Assembly (NCBI RefSeq): GCF_988243305.1
Contig: NZ_OZ547136.1
Strand: one strand, 5' to 3'
DNA: 64,000 nucleotides
Shown: positions 54,464-64,000 of the stretch, one piece after another
Layout: each line of letters opens with the position of its first letter
How positions within the stretch are numbered: the stretch's first letter is position 1
Translations under genes and position numbers: made by a program
The notes under the pieces: model-generated
What the model was told of the DNA's origin: nothing
Database searches by the model: none
The model's input: only the letters and a program-made list of their open reading frames with translations

Positions 54464-56687
54464 TTTCGGACTCCAGTTGCGCAACCTTTTCTGTGTTTAA
54501 ACCTGCTTTGAGTAATAGTGATTGCATCGAAACTTGTAATTCGCGTTGAATTGTCAGGACGCGATCCAACGTTTCCTGGCTGATAACGCCTTCGGTGACC
54601 AAAAACTTGCCGAGCGGCAGAGAACTGCGTTCATGGCGCAATAACAACACGTTAATTGCTGAACGATTAATATGACCGAGCGTAGTCAGTATTTCGGCGA
54701 ACAGGAACTGATGCGGCACATATTGCCGCCAGATTTCACCGGCCTGCTGTTCCGTGAGCCACTGATGCTGAACTGCATTGTACAACATTGCCCGCGGATC
54801 GTGACCGCGTCGGCGTGCATACCAGTGGCGTAATCCGGTGACAATTTGTCCCCGCAGAACAATGACGTAACGCACTTTGCGTCCGACTTTACGCGTCAGG
54901 GCCGCCAGCGAAACCGGGTCAATACCATCTTCACTGCCGACAATTAACTCATCATTGTCCAGACGCAGCGGCAGTACCGCATAATGCAGCGCCACGGAGG
55001 CCGGCATTTCGGCAATCAGCGAGGAAGGGATCTGCCAGGCATCGATGGATTCCCACGCCACGCCGTTTTGCTCTGCCAGCGCCTGTGCCAGTTGCTCGGC
55101 GCTAATCAGCCCCTGCATCAGCATTGAACCGCCCAGGCGTAGACCTTCGACGCGATTACGCAGTGCTGTATCGAGTTGTTCTTCAGTGATGACCTGATTT
55201 TCCAGCAGGATTTGACCTAACGGGCGCAACGAGCGGGTATCGCCAGTCACGCTGGGGAAGTCATGCGTTGTTTTATCCCACGCCACTCGACGCGGATCGC
55301 CGTGTTGAAGTACCTGTTTTAACGCGCGCCAGTTGGCCATGAAGTTAATCAGGTTACCCCAGAAAAGACGCAGGACAGATAGCAGCCCCTGCGTCAGACC
55401 GTAGTAGCCAGTGACAAAAATCACCCGCTGCACGATGCGGTTAACCATCAAACCAAAGTTTAGCCACAGCAGGGTCATTAACCATGCGCTGCCGCTGAAA
55501 ATAGAAAGGAAATGCCAGGCATCGGGCCACAAACTTTCATACGCCAGTAACAGCAAAAGCTGGATCATCACCAGCATCGCGAGGAAGCTGACAAAGTTAC
55601 TGATTGCCCCTTTGCGGTCGCGCCAGAGAAAGTAGTTCAGCGTCAGGCTGGAGGTCCATTTGTGGGTTTTAAAGCCCTGGAAAACAATGCCGATGATCCA
55701 CCGAGATTTTTGTCGAACCGCAGTCGAAAAGGTATCGGGGAAATATTCGCGCACGCAGATCATGTTTGACGTCCGCGCATGCTGTAAAAATTTACGCTGC
55801 TCGCGTTCTTTGGCTTCGTCCACCACCGGAAAACGGACAAAAATTTCCGTCATACCTTTCTCTTTCAGGCGGAAGCCAATGTCGTAATCTTCAGTCAGAC
55901 TCTGCACGTCGAAAGCAATACCGTCACCGTCAGCTAACAGTGCGGTCACGGCGCGACGGCTGAAACAGGTACCGACGCCTGCGCTGGGCACCTGTCCGGC
56001 GAGGGCTTCACGCACCGGAACATCTTTGCCATGCAGTTCTGAAAACTCATCAATGTAGGTCATGCTGGTGAAGTGAGTCCATTCGCGTTCGAACGGATAC
56101 ACTGGGATCTGAATCAGATCTTTACGCTCGACCAGATAGTTGAACAGACGCAATTCCATCGGTGAAATCACATCTTCGGCGTCATGCAGAATAAAACCAG
56201 CAAAAGCGAAATTGGCGCTACGTTCAAATTGGGTGATGGCGTCCAGCACGTTGTTCAGACAGTCGGCTTTGCTGGTGGGGCCAGGACGCGCGCAGACTAC
56301 CTTATGCACGTTCGGGAAGCGAGCGCACACTTCGTCAACATCACGCTGAGTATCGGGGTCGTTGGGGTAGGTGCCAACAAAGATATGATAGTTTTCGTAG
56401 TCGAGCGTGGTCGCCGCCAGCTCGGCCATATTGCCGATGACGCCCGTTTCATTCCACGCCGGAACCATAATCGCTAACGGTTTTTCATCTGGTTTATACA
56501 GTTCGCGGTAACTCATTCGCGGGTAGCGGCGATAAACACTCAACTTGCGTTTAATGCGGCGTACCCAGTAGAAGACATCAATAAAAAAATCGTCCAGCCC
56601 GCTGATGAACATGATGACCGCTAACGTTATCGCGATTACTTTTAAGCCGTAGAGCCAGGTAGCAAAAACATCAAGAAGCCAGTCCAC
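54450..56687 (-). CDS. nfrB: family-2 glycosyltransferase NfrB (phage N4 adsorption)
   Basis: 745-aa ORF with N-terminal TM region and GT2 domain; overlaps nfrA start. Confidence 0.9.
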   Translation of the reverse strand: MDWLLDVFATWLYGLKVIAITLAVIMFISGLDDFFIDVFYWVRRIKRKLSVYRRYPRMSYRELYKPDEKPLAIMVPAWNETGVIGNMAELAATTLDYENYHIFVGTYPNDPDTQRDVDEVCARFPNVHKVVCARPGPTSKADCLNNVLDAITQFERSANFAFAGFILHDAEDVISPMELRLFNYLVERKDLIQIPVYPFEREWTHFTSMTYIDEFSELHGKDVPVREALAGQVPSAGVGTCFSRRAVTALLADGDGIAFDVQSLTEDYDIGFRLKEKGMTEIFVRFPVVDEAKEREQRKFLQHARTSNMICVREYFPDTFSTAVRQKSRWIIGIVFQGFKTHKWTSSLTLNYFLWRDRKGAISNFVSFLAMLVMIQLLLLLAYESLWPDAWHFLSIFSGSAWLMTLLWLNFGLMVNRIVQRVIFVTGYYGLTQGLLSVLRLFWGNLINFMANWRALKQVLQHGDPRRVAWDKTTHDFPSVTGDTRSLRPLGQILLENQVITEEQLDTALRNRVEGLRLGGSMLMQGLISAEQLAQALAEQNGVAWESIDAWQIPSSLIAEMPASVALHYAVLPLRLDNDELIVGSEDGIDPVSLAALTRKVGRKVRYVIVLRGQIVTGLRHWYARRRGHDPRAMLYNAVQHQWLTEQQAGEIWRQYVPHQFLFAEILTTLGHINRSAINVLLLRHERSSLPLGKFLVTEGVISQETLDRVLTIQRELQVSMQSLLLKAGLNTEKVAQLESENEGE

Positions 56688-56836
56688 ACAAAAACCTTAC
56701 ATTAACGCTGGTTATGTTTAGGGTGGCGTATATTAAGGTTTTTTATGAATTGTGACAGCTTTTTACCATTAATAGGTATGACTATTGCGGCACGTTATTT
56801 TTACACTGGTTATAAAAGTTGCCGTTTGCTGAATAA

Positions 56837-58279
56837 TTAAGCGGGTAATGTGATAACAAACCTTGTCCCCCGAGCATCTGACGTTACTGCAACCGTGCCT
56901 TTATGCGCGACAACAATCGATTTCACTATCGCCAGACCAATGCCGCTACCTTCGCCTTTTCGCTGGCGGGAGGGGTCAACGCGGTAGAAACGGTCAAACA
57001 ATCGCGGTAAGTGTTCGGGCGCAATGGGCGTACCGGGGTTTTCGACGGAAACTTGCACCTGGTGATCGACCGTCTGGCAGCGCACAACAATTGTCTCTCC
57101 GGTTGGCGTATAACGCAGGGCATTAGAAAGTAGGTTGCTTAACGCCCGACGCAGCATCAGCGGATCACCCGCAACCTGACACTCGTCGCCAACAAACCGC
57201 AGCTCCACGCCGCGATCTTCTGCTAACGCCTCGAAAAAATCGAACACTTTGCCGACTTCATCCGCCAGGTTGAGCATTTTCTTTTCGGGGATTAGCTGGT
57301 TGTTATCGGCCTGAGCGAGAAACAGCATATCGCTGACCATTTTCGCCATTCGCGTCAGCTCTTCGAGATTAGAGTAGAGCACATCTTCCAGCTCCTTCTG
57401 GCTGCGCGACTGGCTGAGGGCGATTTCCGTTTGCGTTATGAGATTCGTAATTGGTGTGCGAATTTCGTGGGCGATATCCGCTGAGAAATTGGACTGGCGG
57501 GTAAAGACATCCTCAATACGCTCGATCATATGGTTGAACGACAGCACCAGTTGTTCGAGTTCAATGGGCACGGTCTGTGGATCGAGGCGAACGTCGAGAT
57601 CTTTCGAGGTGATATTCTGGATTTGACGGCTGACGCTGCGGATCGGCGCGTGACCTTTATGTACCGCCAACAGCACGATAAAGACGATCAGGATGCTGAT
57701 TACCGATGCGGTCATAATAAGTTTATTCATCAAATCATTTATGTAATGAAGATGAAAATCGATCGACAGCGCGATGTAGAGCGTATAAATCGGTTTGCCG
57801 TCAACCAGCGGGCCAACCGGCAAGTTAATCATCCGCCAGTTGCTGTGTTCCATATGCCCGTGACCGTGCCCTGGCATCATCATCGTCGGGCCGGAAAGGA
57901 GATACACCTCGCCGCCCCGAGCGTCTTTATCGGGTATGGCATCACGTGCAAACTCGCGGATATCGGGCGCGTCGGGGGAGTGATACACCGTTTTACCCTG
58001 GCTATCTGCCAGGGAAATCAACACGTTGGAATAACCACTGACGATATCTTCCAGCGTCATTAAGCGTCGGGCTTGTGTCTCTTCGGGATGATTAAGAACG
58101 CGCTTGAGTGTGGCGCTAATCTCTTTTAAATCATTAATATCCTGCTCGGCAAAATGCACTTTTACTGAGTGGATCATGATCCATGCAAAGGCGAAAAACG
58201 CCGCGATGGTGGCCAGGCTGATAAAAAAGGTCAGGCGGGTTGCCAGCGAAAACGGGCGCTGAAATGGCTTATTGACCAT
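56837..58279 (-). CDS. cusS: copper/silver sensor histidine kinase
   Basis: Two TM helices flanking a periplasmic domain; H-box IAHEIRTP; start at MVNKPFQRP (480 aa). Confidence 0.9.
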
Positions 58280-58952
58280 CCGGCACCTCAAGCATGTAAC
58301 CCACGCCGCGCACGGTTTGAATCAGCTTCGGCTCAAAGTCGTTGTCGATTTTGCCGCGTAGCCGCTTCACCGCCACATCAATGGCGTTAGTGTCGCTGTC
58401 GAAATTCATGTCCCATACCTGCGAGGCGATAAGCGAGCGGGGCAGCACTTCGCCCTGATGGCGAAGGAAAAACTCCAGCAGAGTAAATTCTTTACTGGTC
58501 AGAGTGATGCGCGTGCCGCTGCGGGTGACTTTGCGGCTGACGAGATCGACCATCAGATCGGCAACCTGAAACTGACTTTCGATAATCACCGCCGCCCCGC
58601 GCCGCAGGAGAGTGCGCACCCGCGCCAGCAGTTCAGCAAAAGCGAACGGCTTCACCAGATAGTCATCGGCCCCCAACTCCAGCCCCTTGACGCGATGTTC
58701 AATGGTGCCAAGCGCGGTAAGCAACAGAATCGGCATCCCTTTATTGGCGGAGCGCAACATGCGCACGATATCCCAGCCGTTCACGTCCGGCAGCATAATA
58801 TCGAGGATTATCAGGTCATAATCACCGGTCATCGCCAGATGGTAGCCATTCAGCCCATTGTCGGCCAAATCGACCACAAAACCGGCTTCGGTTAACCCTT
58901 TGGTCAAGTATTCTCCGGTTTTCTTTTCATCTTCGACAATCAACAGTTTCAT
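58269..58952 (-). CDS. cusR: OmpR-family response regulator
   Basis: MKLLIVEDE receiver plus winged helix; overlaps cusS start. Confidence 0.95.
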
Positions 58953-59017
58953 ATTTCCTCCGCATGTTGCCCGGGCAATTCTAGAGTAGCGGGATCAGAT
59001 GGCAATCGCTTATTGGC

Positions 59018-59039
59018 AAAATGACAATTTTGTCATTTT
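59018..59039. promoter_or_regulatory. CusR box AAAATGACAA-TT-TTGTCATTTT in the cusR-cusC divergent promoter
   Basis: Palindrome with 10-bp arms read directly; matches the CusR/copper-box consensus as I recall it. Confidence 0.7.
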
Positions 59040-59108
59040 CCTGTCACCGGAAAATCAGAGCCTGGCGAGTAAAGTTGGCGGCATAAAATCACCAGAAATT
59101 ATGAGCCT

Positions 59109-60491
59109 ATGTCTCCTTGTAAACTTCTGCCATTTTGTGTGGCCCTTGCGCTAACCGGTTGTTCACTGGCACCGGATTATCAGCGCCCGGCAATGCCCGT
59201 GCCGCAGCAGTTCTCACTCAGCCAGAACGGCCTCGTTAACGCAGCAGATAACTATCAGAACGCGGGCTGGCGCACCTTTTTTGTTGATAATCAGGTGAAG
59301 ACGCTGATTAGCGAGGCGCTGGTGAATAACCGGGATTTGCGCATGGCGACGCTGAAAGTGCAGGAAGCGCGGGCGCAATATCGTCTGACCGATGCCGACC
59401 GCTACCCACAGCTCAATGGCGAGGGCAGCGGCAGCTGGAGCGGCAATCTTAAAGGCGATTCAGCCACGACGCGGGAGTTCTCGACTGGCCTTAACGCCAG
59501 CTTTGATCTCGATTTTTTCGGTCGCTTAAAGAACATGAGCGAAGCCGAGCGCCAAAATTATTTAGCCACTGAGGAAGCCCAGCGCGCGGTGCATATTCTG
59601 CTGGTTTCTAATGTCGCGCAAAGCTATTTCAATCAGCAGCTGGTGTATGCGCAATTGCAAATCGCCGAAGAAACGCTGCGTAATTATCAGCAGTCATATG
59701 CGTTTGTCGAAAAACAACTGTTGACCGGTAGCAGCAATGTTCTGGCGCTGGAACAGGCTCGCGGGGTGATTGAAAGTACCCGCAGCGACATCGCTAAACG
59801 TCAGGGGGAACTGGCGCAGGCGAATAATGCATTGCAACTGTTATTGGGAAGCTACGGCAAGCTGCCGCAAGCGCAGACAGTAAACAGCGACAGCCTGCAA
59901 AGCGTTAAATTACCGGCGGGCTTGTCGTCGCAAATCTTATTGCAGCGCCCGGATATTATGGAAGCTGAACATGCGTTAATAGCGGCTAATGCCAATATTG
60001 GTGCTGCACGCGCGGCATTTTTCCCGTCTATCAGCCTGACCAGCGGAATATCAACCGCCAGCAGCGATCTGTCGTCATTATTTAACGCCAGCAGCGGGAT
60101 GTGGAATTTTATACCCAAAATTGAGCTCCCCATTTTTAATGCCGGACGTAACCAGGCCAATCTGGATATCGCCGAAATTCGCCAGCAGCAGTCGGTGGTG
60201 AATTATGAACAGAAAATCCAGAACGCCTTTAAAGAAGTGGCAGATGCGCTGGCATTACGTCAAAGCCTGAACGATCAAATTAGCGCCCAGCAGCGTTATC
60301 TGGCGTCGCTGCAAATTACTTTGCAACGGGCGCGGGCATTATATCAGCACGGCGCGGTAAGTTATCTGGAAGTGCTGGATGCTGAGCGTTCTTTATTTGC
60401 AACCCGACAAACTTTACTTGACCTGAATTATGCCCGTCAGGTTAATGAAATTTCTTTATATACCGCCTTAGGCGGCGGTTGGCAGCAATAA
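59109..60491 (+). CDS. cusC: outer membrane efflux lipoprotein (OMF family)
   Basis: Lipobox LTGC; TolC-like repeats. Confidence 0.9.
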   Translation: MSPCKLLPFCVALALTGCSLAPDYQRPAMPVPQQFSLSQNGLVNAADNYQNAGWRTFFVDNQVKTLISEALVNNRDLRMATLKVQEARAQYRLTDADRYPQLNGEGSGSWSGNLKGDSATTREFSTGLNASFDLDFFGRLKNMSEAERQNYLATEEAQRAVHILLVSNVAQSYFNQQLVYAQLQIAEETLRNYQQSYAFVEKQLLTGSSNVLALEQARGVIESTRSDIAKRQGELAQANNALQLLLGSYGKLPQAQTVNSDSLQSVKLPAGLSSQILLQRPDIMEAEHALIAANANIGAARAAFFPSISLTSGISTASSDLSSLFNASSGMWNFIPKIELPIFNAGRNQANLDIAEIRQQQSVVNYEQKIQNAFKEVADALALRQSLNDQISAQQRYLASLQITLQRARALYQHGAVSYLEVLDAERSLFATRQTLLDLNYARQVNEISLYTALGGGWQQ

Positions 60492-60514
60492 TTTTTAACT
60501 CCAGGAGAGAATAA

Positions 60515-60847
60515 ATGAAAAAAGCACTGCAAGTCGCAATGTTTAGTCTGTTTACCGTTATTGGCTTTAATGCCCAGGCTAACGAACATCATCATGAAAC
60601 CATGAGCGAAGTACAACCGCAGGTTATTAGCGCCACTGGCGTGGTAAAAGGTATTGATCTGGAAAGCAAAAAAATCACCATCCATCACGATCCGATTGCA
60701 GCCGTGAACTGGCCGGAGATGACCATGCGCTTTACCATCACCCCGCAGACGAAAATGAGTGAAATTAAAACCGGCGACAAAGTGGCGTTTAATTTTGTCC
60801 AGCAGGGCAACCTTTCTTTATTACAGGATATTAAAGTCAGCCAGTAA
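60515..60847 (+). CDS. cusF: periplasmic copper/silver chaperone
   Basis: 110 aa, signal peptide, His/Met-rich. Confidence 0.9.
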   Translation: MKKALQVAMFSLFTVIGFNAQANEHHHETMSEVQPQVISATGVVKGIDLESKKITIHHDPIAAVNWPEMTMRFTITPQTKMSEIKTGDKVAFNFVQQGNLSLLQDIKVSQ

Positions 60848-60862
60848 CCCAGGTTTAATGAG

Positions 60863-62086
60863 ATGAAAAAAATCGCGCTTATTATCGGCAGCATGATCGC
60901 GGGCGGTATTATTTCTGCGGCAGGTATTACCTGGTTTGCAAAGGCTGAACCGCCCGCAGAAAAAACGCCGACCGCAGAACGTAAAATCTTATTCTGGTAC
61001 GACCCGATGTATCCCAATACGCGGTTCGATAAACCAGGTAAATCGCCGTTTATGGATATGGATCTGGTGCCGAAATATGCCGATGAAGAGAGTTCTGCGT
61101 CTGGTGTACGCATTGACCCGACCCAGACGCAGAATCTGGGGGTGAAAACGGCTACCGTTACGCGCGGGCCGCTGACTTTTGCCCAGAGTTTCCCGGCGAA
61201 TGTCAGTTACAACGAGTATCAGTATGCCATTGTGCAGGCTCGCGCTGCCGGGTTTATCGATAAGGTGTATCCGCTTACCGTGGGCGATAAAGTACAAAAG
61301 GGCACACCGCTTCTCGACCTGACCATTCCCGACTGGGTGGAAGCGCAGAGTGAGTATTTACTGCTGCGCGAAACCGGCGGTACGGCGACCCAGACTGAAG
61401 GCATTCTTGAGCGACTGCGACTGGCGGGAATGCCGGAGGCTGATATTCGCCGCCTGATCGCCACGCAAAAAATCCAGACTCGCTTTACGCTCAAATCGCC
61501 CATTGATGGCGTTATCACCGCGTTTGATCTGCGCGCGGGAATGAATATCGCCAAAGATAACGTGGTCGCGAAAATTCAGGGTATGGACCCGGTGTGGGTC
61601 ACTGCTGCGATCCCGGAGTCCATCGCCTGGCTGGTGAAAGATGCCTCGCAGTTTACGCTCACCGTTCCGGCGCGACCGGATAAAACACTCACCATCCGCA
61701 AATGGACGCTGCTACCCGGCGTGGATGCCGCGACCCGCACCTTGCAACTGCGTCTGGAAGTCGACAACGCCGACGAGGCGCTAAAACCGGGAATGAACGC
61801 CTGGTTGCAACTCAACACCGCCAGCGAACCGATGCTGCTCATTCCGTCACAGGCGCTGATTGATACCGGCAACGAACAGCGGGTGATTACCGTTGATGCC
61901 GACGGGCGCTTTGTACCGAAACGCGTTGCCGTTTTCCAGGCATCGCAAGGCGTCACCGCGTTACGCTCTGGTCTGGCGGAAGGTGAAAAGGTGGTTTCCA
62001 GCGGCCTGTTCCTGATTGATTCCGAAGCCAATATTTCTGGCGCACTGGAGCGGATGCGCTCTGAAAGTGCTACCCATGCGCATTGA
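60863..62086 (+). CDS. cusB: membrane fusion protein of the Cus efflux system
   Basis: 407-aa RND adaptor family. Confidence 0.9.
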   Translation: MKKIALIIGSMIAGGIISAAGITWFAKAEPPAEKTPTAERKILFWYDPMYPNTRFDKPGKSPFMDMDLVPKYADEESSASGVRIDPTQTQNLGVKTATVTRGPLTFAQSFPANVSYNEYQYAIVQARAAGFIDKVYPLTVGDKVQKGTPLLDLTIPDWVEAQSEYLLLRETGGTATQTEGILERLRLAGMPEADIRRLIATQKIQTRFTLKSPIDGVITAFDLRAGMNIAKDNVVAKIQGMDPVWVTAAIPESIAWLVKDASQFTLTVPARPDKTLTIRKWTLLPGVDAATRTLQLRLEVDNADEALKPGMNAWLQLNTASEPMLLIPSQALIDTGNEQRVITVDADGRFVPKRVAVFQASQGVTALRSGLAEGEKVVSSGLFLIDSEANISGALERMRSESATHAH

Positions 62087-62097
62087 GGGAATAACCA

Positions 62098-64000
62098 ATG
62101 ATTGAATGGATTATTCGTCGCTCGGTGGCGAACCGTTTTCTGGTGCTGATGGGCGCGTTGTTTCTGAGTATCTGGGGCACCTGGACCATCATTAACACGC
62201 CAGTGGATGCGCTGCCGGATCTCTCCGATGTGCAGGTGATTATTAAAACCAGCTATCCCGGTCAGGCACCGCAAATCGTTGAAAATCAGGTGACTTATCC
62301 GCTAACTACCACCATGTTGTCGGTGCCTGGCGCGAAGACTGTGCGCGGTTTCTCGCAGTTTGGCGACTCTTATGTGTATGTCATTTTCGAAGATGGCACC
62401 GATCCATACTGGGCGCGCTCGCGGGTGCTGGAGTACCTCAACCAGGTACAGGGTAAGCTGCCTGCGGGAGTCAGCGCCGAGCTGGGGCCAGATGCCACGG
62501 GTGTTGGCTGGATCTATGAATATGCACTGGTGGATCGCAGCGGTAAGCACGATCTTGCCGATTTACGCTCATTGCAGGACTGGTTTCTCAAATATGAGCT
62601 GAAAACCATTCCTGACGTTGCGGAAGTGGCGTCGGTAGGCGGTGTGGTGAAAGAGTATCAGGTGGTTATCGATCCTCAGCGCCTGGCGCAATATGGCATC
62701 AGTCTCGCCGAAGTAAAAAGCGCGCTGGATGCTTCAAACCAGGAAGCGGGCGGTTCGTCGATCGAACTGGCGGAAGCGGAATATATGGTGCGCGCCAGCG
62801 GCTATCTGCAAACGCTCGACGACTTTAATCACATCGTTTTAAAAGCCAGTGAAAATGGCGTGCCCGTTTATCTGCGTGATGTTGCGAAGGTCCAGATTGG
62901 CCCGGAGATGCGCCGGGGCATTGCCGAACTGAACGGCGAAGGCGAAGTGGCGGGCGGAGTGGTGATCCTGCGCTCCGGCAAAAACGCCCGTGAAGTGATC
63001 GCCGCCGTGAAGGACAAACTGGAAACGCTGAAAAGCAGTCTGCCGGAAGGCGTGGAGATAGTTACAACATACGATCGCAGCCAGCTCATTGACCGCGCCA
63101 TCGACAACCTCAGCGGCAAGTTGCTGGAAGAGTTTATTGTGGTGGCGGTAGTCTGTGCGCTGTTTCTCTGGCATGTGCGCTCGGCGCTGGTGGCGATTAT
63201 TTCGTTGCCGCTGGGGTTGTGTATTGCTTTTATTGTCATGCACTTTCAGGGACTGAACGCCAATATTATGTCGCTGGGCGGCATTGCGATTGCCGTCGGG
63301 GCGATGGTCGATGCCGCTATCGTCATGATCGAGAATGCGCATAAACGGCTGGAAGAGTGGCAGCACCAGCATCCTGACGCCACGCTGGATAATAAAACGC
63401 GCTGGCAGGTGATTACCGATGCGTCTGTTGAAGTGGGGCCGGCGCTGTTTATCAGTCTGCTGATTATCACGTTGTCGTTTATCCCAATCTTCACCCTGGA
63501 AGGGCAGGAAGGGCGTCTGTTTGGCCCGCTGGCGTTCACCAAAACGTATGCGATGGCGGGTGCGGCGCTGCTGGCGATCGTAGTGATCCCTATCCTGATG
63601 GGCTACTGGATCCGTGGCAAAATTCCGCCGGAAAGCAGTAACCCGCTCAATCGCTTTTTGATTCGTGTTTATCATCCGCTGTTGCTGAAAGTACTGCACT
63701 GGCCGAAAACCACGCTGCTGGTGGCGGCGCTTTCGGTGCTGACGGTTCTCTGGCCGCTCAATAAAGTTGGCGGGGAATTTTTACCGCAGATCAATGAAGG
63801 CGACTTGTTGTATATGCCATCGACGCTGCCGGGGATTTCCGCAGCAGAGGCGGCGAGTATGCTGCAAAAAACCGACAAGCTGATTATGAGCGTACCTGAA
63901 GTGGCGCGGGTATTTGGCAAAACCGGGAAAGCGGAAACCGCCACCGATTCTGCTCCGCTGGAGATGGTAGAAACGACCATCCAGCTTAAGCCGCAGGATC
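62098..64000 (+). CDS. cusA: RND heavy-metal efflux pump CusA, 5' portion (runs off window end)
   Basis: Open frame from ATG 62098 ([27 protein letters not shown]) to the window end; not in ORF track because no stop is present. Confidence 0.9.
   Translation, partial: MIEWIIRRSVANRFLVLMGALFLSIWGTWTIINTPVDALPDLSDVQVIIKTSYPGQAPQIVENQVTYPLTTTMLSVPGAKTVRGFSQFGDSYVYVIFEDGTDPYWARSRVLEYLNQVQGKLPAGVSAELGPDATGVGWIYEYALVDRSGKHDLADLRSLQDWFLKYELKTIPDVAEVASVGGVVKEYQVVIDPQRLAQYGISLAEVKSALDASNQEAGGSSIELAEAEYMVRASGYLQTLDDFNHIVLKASENGVPVYLRDVAKVQIGPEMRRGIAELNGEGEVAGGVVILRSGKNAREVIAAVKDKLETLKSSLPEGVEIVTTYDRSQLIDRAIDNLSGKLLEEFIVVAVVCALFLWHVRSALVAIISLPLGLCIAFIVMHFQGLNANIMSLGGIAIAVGAMVDAAIVMIENAHKRLEEWQHQHPDATLDNKTRWQVITDASVEVGPALFISLLIITLSFIPIFTLEGQEGRLFGPLAFTKTYAMAGAALLAIVVIPILMGYWIRGKIPPESSNPLNRFLIRVYHPLLLKVLHWPKTTLLVAALSVLTVLWPLNKVGGEFLPQINEGDLLYMPSTLPGISAAEAASMLQKTDKLIMSVPEVARVFGKTGKAETATDSAPLEMVETTIQLKPQD

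Noticed and set aside
62839-63980. Minus-strand ORFs of 286, 123, 98 and 102 aa inside cusA
   Set aside because: Antisense to the strongly conserved RND pump frame; His/Arg/Gln-rich biased composition.

Overview
This window reads as an Escherichia coli chromosomal segment running from cueR to the 5' part of cusA, assigned from the translated ORFs and gene order; no database search was run. Most of it is conserved core: cueR, ybbJ-qmcA, fetAB, ybbN, ybbO, tesA, ybbAP, mnmH, the allantoin/glyoxylate regulon (allS, allA, allR, gcl-hyi-glxR-ybbW-allB-ybbY-glxK, allE-allC-allD, fdrA-ylbEF-ybcF), purEK, lpxH, ppiB, cysS, ybcIJ, folD, the sfm fimbrial operon with fimZ, tRNA-Arg (argU), envY, ybcH, nfrAB and cusRS/cusCFBA. 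Three places differ from the K-12 layout as I remember it. (1) Between ybbP and mnmH, where K-12 carries rhsD, there is a 3.5 kb AT-rich island encoding a 667-aa fusion of an Hcp (T6SS tube) domain to a Tle1/DUF2235-type lipase, followed by two tandem paralogous signal-peptide proteins that look like immunity genes; no T6SS core genes are in the window. This is the most interesting system here. (2) Between cueR and ybbJ there is a ~2.4 kb module: a short YadA-anchor trimeric autotransporter with tandem 45-aa stalk repeats, a coupled lipoprotein and small membrane protein, and a divergent small putative HTH protein, bounded by a REP/BIME cluster. (3) argU sits 45 bp from envY with no integrase, prophage or ompT, i.e. 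an unoccupied site. Recognisable operators (AllR, CusR, a PurR-like box) and several terminators are also listed. All family assignments are from motifs read by eye and need HMM/BLAST confirmation.
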